A stretch of 64,000 nucleotides of DNA from an uncultured Alphaproteobacteria bacterium (GTDB lineage Bacteria > Pseudomonadota > Alphaproteobacteria > Rs-D84), in the NCBI GenBank assembly GCA_951801825.1, contig CATOOF010000001.1, positions 380,132-444,131 on the forward strand, given 5' to 3'. The position numbers and the translations under genes are program-made. The notes under the pieces are model-generated. The model was not told the origin of the DNA, did not search any database, and was given only the letters and a program-made list of their open reading frames with translations. How positions within the stretch are numbered: the first letter of the stretch is position 1; each line of letters begins with the position of its first letter. Shown piece after piece: positions 1 through 14,135 of this stretch.

Positions 1-557
1 TCCAATTCGATAATAATTGTATACTCTTTTCGTGGCAGCTGTCCATCATTATTTGCACAGATATAGCTAAAATTTGCCGTCCATGTCAGGCCGTCGGCCT
101 TTCGCGGGACAACGCCCATTGGCGGGAACTCTACCGTGCACGACATGTCAATTGTTGCGCCTGAATACATCAGTGCATCCCACATGGCTGTTTTAACAAA
201 ATTGCTGAATACATCCTGGGTTGACCACATGCTGACCACGCCGTCGGCGCCATTGCCCCACTTGCGCTGCATCACATTGGGGTTTTTGACGATTTCATTG
301 CGTGCTTTTATATATTCTTTCACAAAAGACTGCAGATATAGGTCTACGTTCTTTTTTTCGTCTTTTACCGGCATGGAATACAGGCGTATTTCCATATCGG
401 GCTTTGCCTGGGTGGTTAAAAAGAAAACCTGGGGACGGTTCAGCGGAAACAGCTGCCACAGTGTCAGCCCCAGTGCCCCCAACACGACCAGCGCCGTTGC
501 GAATACAAACGTCATCAGCCTTGATATTAAAACAGGTGGCTCCACGCGGTCCGGCAC
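1..557 (-). CDS. Partial CDS; the start is inside the window (GTG 557, alternative ATG 515) and the C-terminal part runs off the window start. Hypothetical membrane-anchored protein with an N-terminal TM helix and a periplasmic domain.
   Basis: Open minus-strand frame across 3..557 with no stops. SD-like AAGGGAGAG 6 nt upstream of GTG. Hydrophobic MTFVFATALVVLGALGLTLW segment followed by a soluble domain. The plus-strand ORFs 136..579 and 302..592 are low-complexity antisense artefacts. Confidence 0.45.
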   Translation of the reverse strand, partial: MPDRVEPPVLISRLMTFVFATALVVLGALGLTLWQLFPLNRPQVFFLTTQAKPDMEIRLYSMPVKDEKKNVDLYLQSFVKEYIKARNEIVKNPNVMQRKWGNGADGVVSMWSTQDVFSNFVKTAMWDALMYSGATIDMSCTVEFPPMGVVPRKADGLTWTANFSYICANNDGQLPRKEYTIIIEL

Positions 558-713
558 TTTTATCTCTCCCTTCTTATAAATATGTGTGTTGATTGTAGAA
601 GAAAAACAGGGCGCCCTGCAAGCGAAAAAAGCGAAAAATCGCCATTTGCACGAATTTTTAATCCTGTTTTTTGCAATTTGTGTCCAATGTGTTGTTTTTG
701 TGTGCTTTTTTTC

Positions 714-742
714 TTGCGAAAAGGGTAATAAAATCTTATAAT
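714..742 (+). promoter_or_regulatory. Sigma70-like promoter (TTGCGA, 17 nt spacer, TATAAT) upstream of tRNA-Trp/secE.
   Basis: Hexamers at 714-719 and 737-742 with 17-nt spacing, A/T-rich upstream. Confidence 0.5.
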
Positions 743-823
743 ACTTTCCGCTTGATTTTCTGTGGTTGTGTGGTATTGTAGCCCAGACTATTGTAAGCAT
801 ATGCGGCACAACAGGTATGGCAC

Positions 824-897
824 AGGGGCATAGTTCAACGGTAGAATATCGGTCTCCAAAACCGCGGATGAGGGTTCGATTCCTTCTGCCCCTGCCA
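824..897 (+). tRNA. tRNA-Trp (anticodon CCA)
   Basis: Cloverleaf readable: acceptor AGGGGCA/TGCCCCT, anticodon loop CTCCAAA, T-arm GGTTCGATTCC, 3' CCA encoded. Canonical position before secE-nusG. Confidence 0.9.
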
Positions 898-973
898 GAT
901 AAAAGTCCCGGAAATCCGGGAAAATTTGTGGCGACGTTATGCAGGCATCAGGCGGATTAAGGCGGGTTTATTT

Positions 974-1153
974 ATGAAAAAAATACTGGAATATATTAAA
1001 TCGGTACGCAGCGAATGGTTCAAGATTGTATGGCCGTCGCGCGACAGTGTTGTTCGTGCAACAATTATGATTCTGGTCTTTTCCGGTCTGGCGGCATTAT
1101 TCTTTTTTGTTGTTGATTCTGCGCTGAATGCGCTGGTCGGCTGGATATTCTAA
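974..1153 (+). CDS. secE: Preprotein translocase subunit SecE (short single-TM form, 59 aa).
   Basis: Sits between tRNA-Trp and nusG. Basic N-terminus plus one TM helix. The ORF-track start 926 is an upstream extension; ATG 974 is the likely start. Confidence 0.8.
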   Translation: MKKILEYIKSVRSEWFKIVWPSRDSVVRATIMILVFSGLAALFFFVVDSALNALVGWIF

Positions 1154-1176
1154 AACAGGGCAGGGGGCGAAATACA

Positions 1177-1710
1177 ATGGATGGCAATATGCAGTGGTTT
1201 GTCGTAAATGTTCATACCGGGTGCGAGGATAAGGTCGCCCGTGGTTTGCGTGAACAGATTGATAAGCGTCGTTTGAATGCTCTGTTTGGTGAAATATTGG
1301 TTCCGACCCGCGAAGTGACAGAGGTTAAAGGCGGCAAACGCGTAAAGTCTGAAAGAAAATTCTTTCCGGGCTATATCGTTGTTCAGATGGTTATGAACAA
1401 CGAAACATTTTCGCTGGTAAAACTGATGCCTCAGGTTGTTATGTTCCTGGGCGCCAAGAACAAGCCGATTGCAGTAACAGAGGAAGAGGCGCGCCGTCTG
1501 CAAAAGCAGGTTGAAGAAGGCAGTGTTGTTGCCGACGATATTGAATACGATGTTGGCCAGGAGGTTCATGTTATTGACGGGCCGTTCGCGGGCTTTAACG
1601 GCATCGCGTCCGAGGTTGACAATGTAAAGCAGAAAATGACAGTGACAATTCTGGTGTTCGGTCGTGAAACCAGTGTCGAGCTGGAGTTTGAGCAGGTAGA
1701 AAAGGTTTAA
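1177..1710 (+). CDS. nusG: Transcription termination/antitermination factor NusG
   Basis: NGN and KOW domain sequence (WFVVNVHTGCEDKV; C-terminal KOW), operon position, SD AGGGGG upstream. Confidence 0.93.
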   Translation: MDGNMQWFVVNVHTGCEDKVARGLREQIDKRRLNALFGEILVPTREVTEVKGGKRVKSERKFFPGYIVVQMVMNNETFSLVKLMPQVVMFLGAKNKPIAVTEEEARRLQKQVEEGSVVADDIEYDVGQEVHVIDGPFAGFNGIASEVDNVKQKMTVTILVFGRETSVELEFEQVEKV

Positions 1711-1744
1711 TGTGTTATTATCCTGCAGGTAGAGAAGGTTTTGT

Positions 1745-1930
1745 ATGATTAAAAGAGATGCTGTTACCGGCCGAATAACTGTTCAGATGACGCATGATGA
1801 ATTTATGACAATGTATCGTCGCTGGCAAGAGAAACCTGAAACGAAGGCACTGTTTGCGAAAATAGCGGCTGAGCGCAAGGAACGGGTTCAAAGATGGGTT
1901 GCTGAAATAACGGCCCAGAAAACAAAATAA
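1745..1930 (+). CDS. Small hypothetical protein (61 aa, charged/helical) inserted between nusG and rplK.
   Basis: ORF with an SD-like GAGAAGG upstream. Unusual position, since nusG and rplK are normally adjacent. Confidence 0.4.
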   Translation: MIKRDAVTGRITVQMTHDEFMTMYRRWQEKPETKALFAKIAAERKERVQRWVAEITAQKTK

Positions 1931-1937
1931 AGTTTTT

Positions 1938-1968
1938 GGATTTTTGCGGAATAACCCGTTAAAAATCC
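1938..1968 (+). promoter_or_regulatory. Stable hairpin (GGATTTTT/AAAAATCC stem) in the rplK leader. Candidate L1-binding autoregulatory leader or partial terminator.
   Basis: 8-bp inverted repeat with a 15-nt loop directly upstream of rplK. Confidence 0.3.
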
Positions 1969-2023
1969 GGCGGTAGATGCGCCACATCGTACCGCGACAC
2001 TAACCAAAGAAATGGAGTGAAAA

Positions 2024-2455
2024 ATGGCAAAGAAAGAAGTTAAGGGATTGGTCAAACTGGTCGTCCCTGCAAAACAGGCAAATCCTGCGCCTCCGATTGG
2101 ACCGGCGTTGGGTGCGGCGGGTGTTAACATCGCCGAATTCTGCAAACAGTTTAACGACAGGACGTCTGACAAGGAACCGGGCATGCCGATTCCGTGCATA
2201 ATTACCGTCTATACCGACCGCAGCTTTGAATTCATCATGAAACTGCCTCCGGTGTCGTATTACATCAAAAAGGCGTTAAAGCTGAAAATCGGTTCCCACA
2301 AACCGGGCCGTGATTTCGTCGGAACAATTTCCCAGGCGCAAATCAAGGAAATCGCCGAGGCAAAAATGCCGGACTTGAATTGCTCTACCATTGAATCCGC
2401 AATGAACATCGTCGCGGGTCAGTGCCGTTCTATGGGCGTAAAGGTGGAGGAATAA
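2024..2455 (+). CDS. rplK: 50S ribosomal protein L11
   Basis: [30 protein letters not shown] is a signature L11 N-terminus. Confidence 0.95.
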   Translation: MAKKEVKGLVKLVVPAKQANPAPPIGPALGAAGVNIAEFCKQFNDRTSDKEPGMPIPCIITVYTDRSFEFIMKLPPVSYYIKKALKLKIGSHKPGRDFVGTISQAQIKEIAEAKMPDLNCSTIESAMNIVAGQCRSMGVKVEE

Positions 2456-2458
2456 GAT

Positions 2459-3133
2459 ATGAAAGCTACTAAAAGACAACAGACTTGGAGTGCACTGGAC
2501 CAGGATAAAATGTATCCGTTGGCCGATGCCATTGATGCATTGCGTGCGTTTACCTCCAAAAAGTTTGATGAAAGCTTGGAAATTGCTATCCGCTTGGGTA
2601 TTGATGTTACCAAGGCCGATCAGAACATCCGTGGTATGTTGAGCCTGCCCAACGGTACCGGTAAAACGGTTCGCGTTGCGGTATTTACAGTAAACAGCCA
2701 GGACGAGGCCAAAAAGGCTGGCGCCGATGTTGTTGGCGGCGAAGAGCTGATTGAAAAAGTTGCGGGCGGCGAAATTAACTTTGACCGTGTTATCGCAACA
2801 CCGGACATGATGCCGAAAATGTCGAAAATTGCGCGCGTTTTGGGTCCTAAGGGCCTGATGCCGAATCCGAAACTGGGTACGGTTACAAACAACGTTGCCG
2901 ACGCGGTAAAGGTTGCCAAGGCTGGTCAGATTGAATATCGTGCCGAAAAGAAGGGTATTATCCACGCTGGTATCGGCAAGATGTCTTTCCCGACAGAAAA
3001 GTTGGTTGAAAACGCGATGGCGCTGATAGAGCAGCTGAAGAAAGTCAAACCGGCATCATCTAAGGGCCAGTATATCTTGGGTATATCGATTGCGACAACC
3101 CAGGGTCCGGGCTTAAAGGTGGACGCAAAATAA
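2459..3133 (+). CDS. rplA: 50S ribosomal protein L1
   Basis: Sequence and operon position. SD GGAGGA upstream. Confidence 0.95.
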   Translation: MKATKRQQTWSALDQDKMYPLADAIDALRAFTSKKFDESLEIAIRLGIDVTKADQNIRGMLSLPNGTGKTVRVAVFTVNSQDEAKKAGADVVGGEELIEKVAGGEINFDRVIATPDMMPKMSKIARVLGPKGLMPNPKLGTVTNNVADAVKVAKAGQIEYRAEKKGIIHAGIGKMSFPTEKLVENAMALIEQLKKVKPASSKGQYILGISIATTQGPGLKVDAK

Positions 3134-3319
3134 TAAATGCGTGCCTGGGAATATTCCGGGCACGCAGAACAGATTTCTGTCCAAGACTGATGGCGCGGCA
3201 ACGCTTAAACCACCAGCCATCATAGACAAAGAAAAAATTCTTTGGGGCAGGAAAAAGCCCCATCCCGTGGTATCACGGATGGAAAGTTAAACAAAACGTA
3301 TGAAGTAAGGATAGAATAT
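3134..3319 (+). promoter_or_regulatory. rplJ (L10) leader region with hairpins. Candidate L10(L12)4 autoregulatory leader.
   Basis: Long untranslated region with GCGTGCC/GGCACGC and GGGGC/GCCCC stems upstream of rplJ. Confidence 0.4.
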
Positions 3320-3799
3320 ATGAAACGCGAAGAAAAATCAGATTTGATTTCAGCGTTGCAGTCGTCCTTGAAAGATGCAAACGGTATCTTCGTGGTTGAA
3401 AATCACGGTGTGACTGTAAAAGAAATGGAAGAGCTGCGCAACGAACTGCGTCCGCTGGTTTCCATGTTCAAGGTCGTAAAGAACCGTTTGATGAAATTGG
3501 CGTTGAAAGACACTGATTTCGAACCTGTATCCGCAATGATGCAGCGTCCGACCGCTGTTGCAATCGCAACAGATGCGTTGGCGGTGACCAAGGTTTTGGC
3601 AAAATTTGCCGAAAGCCATCCGAACCTGACAATTGTCGGCGGTAAAATGGATGCAGATGTTCTGGACACAGACGGCGTTATGCAATTATCCAAGCTTCCG
3701 TCCTTGTTGGAAATTCGCGGCACAATCGCACGTATCCTGGTCGAACCGGGTTCGCGCTTGGCACGTGTTTCCGCAGAGTATGGAAAGAAAGAACAATAA
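3320..3799 (+). CDS. rplJ: 50S ribosomal protein L10
   Basis: Sequence. ATG 3320 has an AAGGA SD; the ORF-track start 3242 is an upstream extension. Confidence 0.9.
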   Translation: MKREEKSDLISALQSSLKDANGIFVVENHGVTVKEMEELRNELRPLVSMFKVVKNRLMKLALKDTDFEPVSAMMQRPTAVAIATDALAVTKVLAKFAESHPNLTIVGGKMDADVLDTDGVMQLSKLPSLLEIRGTIARILVEPGSRLARVSAEYGKKEQ

Positions 3800-3846
3800 T
3801 AAAACACACAATGGCGACATTGTGATAATGATAATAGGAGCAAAAA

Positions 3847-4212
3847 ATGGCAGACATTCAGAAATTAGTTGAAGAATTGTCAAAATTGAGCGTTTTGGAA
3901 GCTGTTGAACTGTCCAAGGCGTTGGAAGAAGCGTGGGGCGTATCTGCTGCCGCCGCAGTTGCAGTTGCAGCTGGTCCGGCCGCGGCCGCCGCAGAAGAAA
4001 AGACGGAATTTGACGTTGTTCTGGCCGAAGTTGGTGCGAACAAACTGGCCGTCATCAAGGCTGTAAAAGATATCACAGGCCTGGGCCTGGGCGAAGCAAA
4101 AGCCCTGGTTGAAGGTGCGCCGAAGACCGTAAAAGAAGCGGTTGCCAAGGACGAAGCTGAAAAGCTGAAAGCGACCTTGGAAGGTGCCGGTGCCAAGGTT
4201 GAATTGAAATAA
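3847..4212 (+). CDS. rplL: 50S ribosomal protein L7/L12
   Basis: Ala-rich hinge followed by a conserved C-terminal domain (EKTEFDVVL...[19 protein letters not shown]). Confidence 0.95.
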   Translation: MADIQKLVEELSKLSVLEAVELSKALEEAWGVSAAAAVAVAAGPAAAAAEEKTEFDVVLAEVGANKLAVIKAVKDITGLGLGEAKALVEGAPKTVKEAVAKDEAEKLKATLEGAGAKVELK

Positions 4213-4340
4213 TTCGCCCCGCACGGAACCCTTTCGGTTCTTTATAAAAAATCCGCGGTATCCGCGGTCCGCCGCCGCCCGCCTGGGGATGAAATTCCCA
4301 GGCGGGCCGAGCGGCGTAAAAAGCATAATAAATAGTTTGT
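4213..4340 (+). terminator. rplL-rpoB intergenic attenuator/processing hairpins.
   Basis: GAACC/GGTTC stem followed by TTTATAAAAAA; CCGCGG-TAT-CCGCGG; 8-bp CGCCTGGG/CCCAGGCG stem. Confidence 0.45.
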
Positions 4341-4373
4341 TTGCAAAACGCACAAAAAAAAGGACTAAAACCC

Positions 4374-7300
4374 ATGGCAGTTATCCAGAAAATTAGAAAA
4401 TCTTTTGGTAAAAGTTTTTTGCAAACTCCGCTTCCTGATTTGGTTGAAATTCAATACGATTCCTACAAAGATTTCCTGCAGGCGGATGTAGAGCCGCAGA
4501 ACCGTAAAAATATCGGTTTGCAGAATGTATTTTCTTCTATGTTCCCAATCAAGGACTATGCGGGTATTGCCGACCTTGAATTCGTAGAGTATACACTGGA
4601 CAAACCTGTCTATAACGTCAAAGAATGCATGCTGCGTAATATGACATATTCCAGCAAGCTGAAGTTGAAGCTGAGATTGATTTTATGGGATGTCGCCGAA
4701 GATGGCAAAAAAACGCTGCGCGACATCAAGGAACAAGAAATATTTATGGGCGAAGTCCCACTTATGACCGAACGCGGCAGCTTTATTGCCTCTGGTGTGG
4801 AACGTGTTATCGTTTCCCAGATGCATCGCGCCCAGGGTGTGGTTTTCGCAACAACAAAAGAGGCCAAGGTCGCGGGCAATCCGACGACTTATACCGCGCG
4901 TATTATCCCTGAACATGGTTCATGGATTGACTTTGAAGAGGCCAAGGGTGTAATTTATGTCCGTATTGACCGTCGCCGCAAGGTTCCTGCAACGGTTCTG
5001 TTGCGCTGTCTGCCGACGGCCGAAGACGAAAAGAAATGGACAGCCGACCCCCGCAAGGCCGGTATCCGCGGCATGACAGATACAGAAATTCTGTCTGCGT
5101 TTTATAAGCGCATCCCGTTGTCGTTTGATGGTGCGTTATGGACCGGCGACACAAATGTATTCGAAGGATTGGATAAATATCGTCTGAACTATGACTTGGT
5201 AAATCCCAAGGATAAAAAGATTTTGGCCGCCAAAGGCGATCGTCTGAATGCAAAGCGTTTGACCAAAATCATGACTGCATCCAAAAAGTTTGGCATTGAT
5301 ACAGAGGCATTGATTGGCGAATATCTGTTCGAACCGATTACGAATGCAGGCGAAGTGTTATTCCCGGCGGGTACTGAAATTACCGAAGAAGTTTTGGCTG
5401 ATTTGTCTAAGCTGGATATAAAGGAAATCTCGCTGATTGCAATTGACAATACCACGGTTTCCGCGCATATGCGCAATACCCTGATGGCGGATAAAACAAC
5501 AAACCGCGAAGAGGCGTTGATTGAAGTTTATAACATCATCCGCCCGGGCGAGCGTCCGACATTAGAGGCCGCGATAAATCTGTTTACGCGCCAGGGATTT
5601 GATCCTGCATATTATGATTTGTCAGCGGTTGGCCGCTTTAAAATGAACAAGCGCCTGAAAATAGAATCCGGCAAAAAACCGGAAGATGAGCGCCTGCTGA
5701 CCAAGGAAGACTTCTTGGCTGTGTTGAAAACATTGACCAATATTATTGACCGCAAGGATACGGTTGATGATATAGACAATCTGTCAAATCGTCGTGTCCG
5801 CACGGTTGGCGAACTGTTGGAACAGAATTTCCGTACAGGTATGGTCCGTATAGAACGCCTGGTCCGTGAACAGTTGTCCAGCCCGAATATTGCCAATATG
5901 CAACCCCAGGACGTAATCAACGTAAAACCGTTGATGTCGCTGGTTGCGGAATTCTTGGGAACATCACAGCTGTCTCAGTTTATGGATGCATACAATCCGC
6001 TGTCTGAATTAGAGCACAAGCGTCGTATTTCTGCATTGGGGCCTGGTGGGTTGAACCGTGAACGTGCCGGCATTGACGTCCGCGACGTTCATCCGACGCA
6101 TTATGGCCGTCTGTGTCCTATTCATACACCCGAAGGTGCGAATATTGGTTTGATTAATCACTTGTCCGCCTATGCGCGTGTAAATCCGTATGGCTTTATT
6201 GAAACGCCGTACTATGTTGTAGAAAACAGCAAGATTACAGATAAACTGGTATATCTGACCGCGGACGAGGAACTGGGGCACAAAATCGCCCAGGGTAACA
6301 CGCCCACCACGGCGGCCGGCGTTTTGTCCGAAGATATGGTAACAGCCCGTGTAGACGGCGAATTTACCATGGTTCCGAAAAACGAAGTTGACTTAATCGA
6401 CGTTGAACCGCGCCAGGTTGTGTCCATTGCGACCGGTCTGATCCCGTTCGTTGAAAACGACGACGCGAACCGTGCGCTGATGGGTTCAAACATGCAGCGC
6501 CAGGCCGTTCCGTTAATGCGTGTTCAGGCGCCGTTGGTCGGTACTGGTATCGAACGCGAAGTGGCGCGTGATTCCCGCACGGGTAAGGTTGCAAAACACA
6601 GCGGCGTTGTAGAATCTGTTGATGCGAACCGCATTGTGGTAAAATGTATGAACAGCCGCAATGTTGTAACTGGTGTTGATATCTATAATCTGGAAAAGTT
6701 TGAACGTTCCAACAGTGAAACAGTTATTCATCAAAAGCCGCTGGTAAAGGTTGGCGACCGCATTTCCGCGGGCGACATCATTGCCGACGGTTCGTCAATG
6801 AACTATGGTGAACTGGCACTGGGGCGCAATGTATTGGTTGCCTTTATGCCATGGCGCGGATATAACTACGAAGACTCTATCGTTATCTCTGAGCGTATTT
6901 CGCGCGATGACGTTTTCACATCTATCAAGATTGTTGAAAAGGAATTCAAGGTTCGCGATACCCAGTTGGGGCCGGAAAGCCTGACGCGTGACATCCCCAA
7001 CGTTGGTGAAGAAGCGCTGAAGAACTTGGATGAATCCGGTATTATCTATGTCGGTGCGCGCGTAAAACAGGGTGACATTTTGGTCGGTCGTGTATCGCCG
7101 AAATCTGAAACGTTGCTGACCCCGGAAGAAGCGTTGTTGCGTAACATCTTTGGTGAAAAAGCGCTGAATGTAAAAGACACTTCGCTAAAGGTTGGGCCCA
7201 ACGAAGAAGGTACGGTTATCGGTGTAAACGTCTTGACGCGTCATGGCGTTAAGAAAGACGAACGTACCCAGATGATTGAACTGCAAAAGATTGAACAAAT

Positions 7301-8510
7301 AAATAAAGACCGTGACGAGGAAATCGCCATCATTGAAAAGGGCTTTGCGGACCAGGTATTCCAGATTGCCGAAGGCCAGACGATTGAGGCCGGCACAGGC
7401 AGCCTGAAACCATTTATCGGCAAAAAGCTGACCGGCGAGGTCTTTGAAGGCATCAAGGCAGCAGACGTTAAAAAGCTGGTTGTAAAGAACAAAGAAGCCC
7501 AGGCAAAAATCGATGAATTGCGTGAACAGCATATCGTAAAGCTGAAATTGCTGAACGAACGTGCAGATTCCGAAGTAGCAAAGGCAACGGAAAGCAATTC
7601 GCTGGCGGCGGGTGTTCTGAAAGAGGTAAAGGTTTATATCGCCCACAAGATGAAGTTACAGCCCGGTGACAAAATGGCGGGACGTCATGGTAACAAGGGT
7701 ATTGTATCAAAGGTTGTGCCTGTCGAAGACATGCCGCACTTGGCTGATGGTACGCCGGTTGACCTGGTTTTGAATCCGTTGGGTGTGCCGTCTCGTATGA
7801 ACATTGGCCAGATTCTGGAAACCCACCTTGGTATGGCGGCGCGCACATTGGGCGCCCAAATAGGCGAGGTTCTAGAAGAGGTTAAGGCAAAGCGTGCCGT
7901 AACAGACGATTTGCGCAATGTCATGGGCAAAATCTATGGCAAGGAAACCGCAGAAAAACTGGACAAGATGACAGATACCGACGTCCGTGCAGAGGCCGCG
8001 TTGTTGCGTGATGGTGTTCCAATGGCGACACCGACATTTGACGGTGCGACGCCAGAGGATATTCGCCGTATGCTGAAACTGGCAAAACTGCCAGAAACGG
8101 GTCAGTTTGATTTGTATGACGGTATGACCGGTGAAAAGTTTGCACGCCCTGTTACGGTTGGCGTAATGTACATGCTGAAACTGCATCATTTCGTTGATGA
8201 AAAGATTCACGCACGTTCCATCGGTAACTATTCGCTTGTCACACAACAGCCGTTGTCCGGTAAGGCCCACATGGGCGGCCAGCGACTGGGTGAAATGGAG
8301 GTTTGGGCGCTTGAGGCGCATGGTGCCGCGCATCTGTTACGTGAAATGTTGACGGTAAAATCGGACGATATTGTTGGGCGTAACAAGATGTATGAATCCA
8401 TCATCTCGGGCAGCAATGATATCCAAACCGGCACACCAGAGGCCTTTAACGTGTTAGTTCGCGAATTAAAGGGTCTGGGCCTGGCGATGACACCAAAGAA
8501 AGTAGACTAA
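4374..8510 (+). CDS. rpoB: DNA-directed RNA polymerase subunit beta
   Basis: Unmistakable RpoB sequence. ATG 4374 is preferred (SD AAAAGGA); ORF-track 4341 is a TTG upstream extension. Confidence 0.97.
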   Translation: MAVIQKIRKSFGKSFLQTPLPDLVEIQYDSYKDFLQADVEPQNRKNIGLQNVFSSMFPIKDYAGIADLEFVEYTLDKPVYNVKECMLRNMTYSSKLKLKLRLILWDVAEDGKKTLRDIKEQEIFMGEVPLMTERGSFIASGVERVIVSQMHRAQGVVFATTKEAKVAGNPTTYTARIIPEHGSWIDFEEAKGVIYVRIDRRRKVPATVLLRCLPTAEDEKKWTADPRKAGIRGMTDTEILSAFYKRIPLSFDGALWTGDTNVFEGLDKYRLNYDLVNPKDKKILAAKGDRLNAKRLTKIMTASKKFGIDTEALIGEYLFEPITNAGEVLFPAGTEITEEVLADLSKLDIKEISLIAIDNTTVSAHMRNTLMADKTTNREEALIEVYNIIRPGERPTLEAAINLFTRQGFDPAYYDLSAVGRFKMNKRLKIESGKKPEDERLLTKEDFLAVLKTLTNIIDRKDTVDDIDNLSNRRVRTVGELLEQNFRTGMVRIERLVREQLSSPNIANMQPQDVINVKPLMSLVAEFLGTSQLSQFMDAYNPLSELEHKRRISALGPGGLNRERAGIDVRDVHPTHYGRLCPIHTPEGANIGLINHLSAYARVNPYGFIETPYYVVENSKITDKLVYLTADEELGHKIAQGNTPTTAAGVLSEDMVTARVDGEFTMVPKNEVDLIDVEPRQVVSIATGLIPFVENDDANRALMGSNMQRQAVPLMRVQAPLVGTGIEREVARDSRTGKVAKHSGVVESVDANRIVVKCMNSRNVVTGVDIYNLEKFERSNSETVIHQKPLVKVGDRISAGDIIADGSSMNYGELALGRNVLVAFMPWRGYNYEDSIVISERISRDDVFTSIKIVEKEFKVRDTQLGPESLTRDIPNVGEEALKNLDESGIIYVGARVKQGDILVGRVSPKSETLLTPEEALLRNIFGEKALNVKDTSLKVGPNEEGTVIGVNVLTRHGVKKDERTQMIELQKIEQINKDRDEEIAIIEKGFADQVFQIAEGQTIEAGTGSLKPFIGKKLTGEVFEGIKAADVKKLVVKNKEAQAKIDELREQHIVKLKLLNERADSEVAKATESNSLAAGVLKEVKVYIAHKMKLQPGDKMAGRHGNKGIVSKVVPVEDMPHLADGTPVDLVLNPLGVPSRMNIGQILETHLGMAARTLGAQIGEVLEEVKAKRAVTDDLRNVMGKIYGKETAEKLDKMTDTDVRAEAALLRDGVPMATPTFDGATPEDIRRMLKLAKLPETGQFDLYDGMTGEKFARPVTVGVMYMLKLHHFVDEKIHARSIGNYSLVTQQPLSGKAHMGGQRLGEMEVWALEAHGAAHLLREMLTVKSDDIVGRNKMYESIISGSNDIQTGTPEAFNVLVRELKGLGLAMTPKKVD

Positions 8511-8600
8511 AAACGGCGGCGGACCGCGTATGGGTGAAAAGTCCACCCAACGTGGTTCGCGCGACAGTACTGTGAAAGCGACTTGAAAGGAGCAAAATAT

Positions 8601-12710
<4,110 letters not shown>

Positions 12711-12721
12711 ATACGGTTGGC

Positions 12722-12760
12722 GGGCGCCTGTGTTAACTGGGCGCCCCACCGTAAATTTTC
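12722..12760 (+). terminator. Putative rpoC terminator hairpin (GGGCGCC/GGCGCCC).
   Basis: 7-bp GC stem 12 nt after the rpoC stop, followed by a weak T-run. Confidence 0.35.
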
Positions 12761-12819
12761 CTTGCAAATGCGGGGGAAATAAATAAAATATACAAAAGTT
12801 AAAAATAAAAGGATTTAAA

Positions 12820-12969
12820 ATGGCAACGCCAAAAAGTAAAACCAGCAAAGCACGTAGCGCTCAGCGTCGTTCACATGATGCCTTGTCCGTAATGCCGGCA
12901 AGCGTTTGCAAAACATGTGGTGAAAAAAAGCGTCCGCATCATGTTTGCGCGGCATGTGGTGCAAAATAA
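12820..12969 (+). CDS. rpmF: 50S ribosomal protein L32 (49 aa; below the ORF-track size cutoff).
   Basis: MATPKSKTSKARSAQRRSHDAL...CGEKKRPHHVCAACG is typical L32. Classic rpmF-plsX linkage. Confidence 0.9.
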   Translation: MATPKSKTSKARSAQRRSHDALSVMPASVCKTCGEKKRPHHVCAACGAK

Positions 12970-13038
12970 TATTAACAAAGGATATAAAGGCAGATTTGGG
13001 CGCGCCATGCACCCTTTCTGCTTTTTTTATGGTCGAAC

Positions 13039-14103
13039 ATGTCTTCTGAAAAGAAAATTATTGCGATTGATGCCATGGGCGGGGACAAGGGTCCGGCGGC
13101 TGTTTTTGGTGGCATGAATCAGTTTTTATATCAAAACGCCGATGCAAATGTTTTTTTTAGAGTATTTGGCGACGAGAAAAAGTTGCGTAAGCTGGCGGCA
13201 AAATATCCTCGCGTTGGGCGCAATTGTGAAATCATTCATGCCCCTAATGCCATTCGTGCCACCGACAAGGTGCGCGATGTAATCCGCCATGCCCAGGATA
13301 CGTCAATGTATATGGCAATAAAAGACGTTCGTGAGGGGAAAAGTAGCGCTGTAATCAGTGCCGGTAACACGGGTGTTTTGATGTCGTTGGCGAAACTGGC
13401 GCTGAAAACGATTGACGGTATTTCGCGTCCGGCGATTACGACCATGTTGCCCTCTGGTGGCGGGGACAGTCGTGTTGTAATGCTGGATTTGGGTGCCAAT
13501 ATTCAGTGTGATGCGATAAACCTGTTTGATTTTGCCGTTCTGGGCAGTGTGTATGCCGAAAAAATAGGCAATATGCCGCGCCCGAAACTGGGGGTATTAA
13601 ATATTGGTGAAGAAGACACCAAGGGTAATGAAACCCTGCGTCATTTGAATCAGGTGTTAAGTGCGCACAAAGACGTGTTGCCGTATGAATATGTTGGATT
13701 TGTAGAAGGTACCGATATCAGCGCCGGCGTTGTCCAGGTTGTTGTTACCGACGGTTTTACCGGCAATGTTGTTTTAAAAACGGTTGAGGGTACGGCCCGC
13801 CTGATAAAGCGCGTTCTGATGGATAACTTAAAAAAGTCATGGTTGGCAAAAATCGGTGCGTTTTTCCTGATTCATGTGTTTAAGCGTCTAAAGCACAAGA
13901 TAGACCCGCGTTCATATGCCGGGGCAATGTTCCTGGGGCTAAAGGGATTTGCCGTTAAAACGCACGGTAACAGTGATGCGTTGGCGTTTGCAAACTCTAT
14001 TCGTCATGCATGCGGCCTGATAGGTGCAAATTTAAATGACATAATAGCGGCGCGCGCCCAATCGGTTTCCCAAATCCGCGAGGAATTAAAAGTCGAAGAA
14101 TAA
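13039..14103 (+). CDS. plsX: Phosphate acyltransferase PlsX
   Basis: IAIDAMGGDKGP N-terminus and overall PlsX sequence. Confidence 0.93.
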   Translation: MSSEKKIIAIDAMGGDKGPAAVFGGMNQFLYQNADANVFFRVFGDEKKLRKLAAKYPRVGRNCEIIHAPNAIRATDKVRDVIRHAQDTSMYMAIKDVREGKSSAVISAGNTGVLMSLAKLALKTIDGISRPAITTMLPSGGGDSRVVMLDLGANIQCDAINLFDFAVLGSVYAEKIGNMPRPKLGVLNIGEEDTKGNETLRHLNQVLSAHKDVLPYEYVGFVEGTDISAGVVQVVVTDGFTGNVVLKTVEGTARLIKRVLMDNLKKSWLAKIGAFFLIHVFKRLKHKIDPRSYAGAMFLGLKGFAVKTHGNSDALAFANSIRHACGLIGANLNDIIAARAQSVSQIREELKVEE

Positions 14104-14108
14104 ATATA

Positions 14109-14135
14109 ATCCCGGTCCGCCGGGATTTTTATTTG
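14109..14135 (+). terminator. Intrinsic terminator after plsX (ATCCCGG/CCGGGAT plus T-run). Overlaps the -35 of the leader A promoter.
   Basis: 7-bp GC stem plus TTTTTATTT. Confidence 0.7.

Noticed and set aside
136-592. Plus-strand ORFs 136..579 and 302..592
   Set aside because: Low-complexity, non-protein-like translations. The minus strand carries a clean open frame with an SD and a TM helix across the same region.
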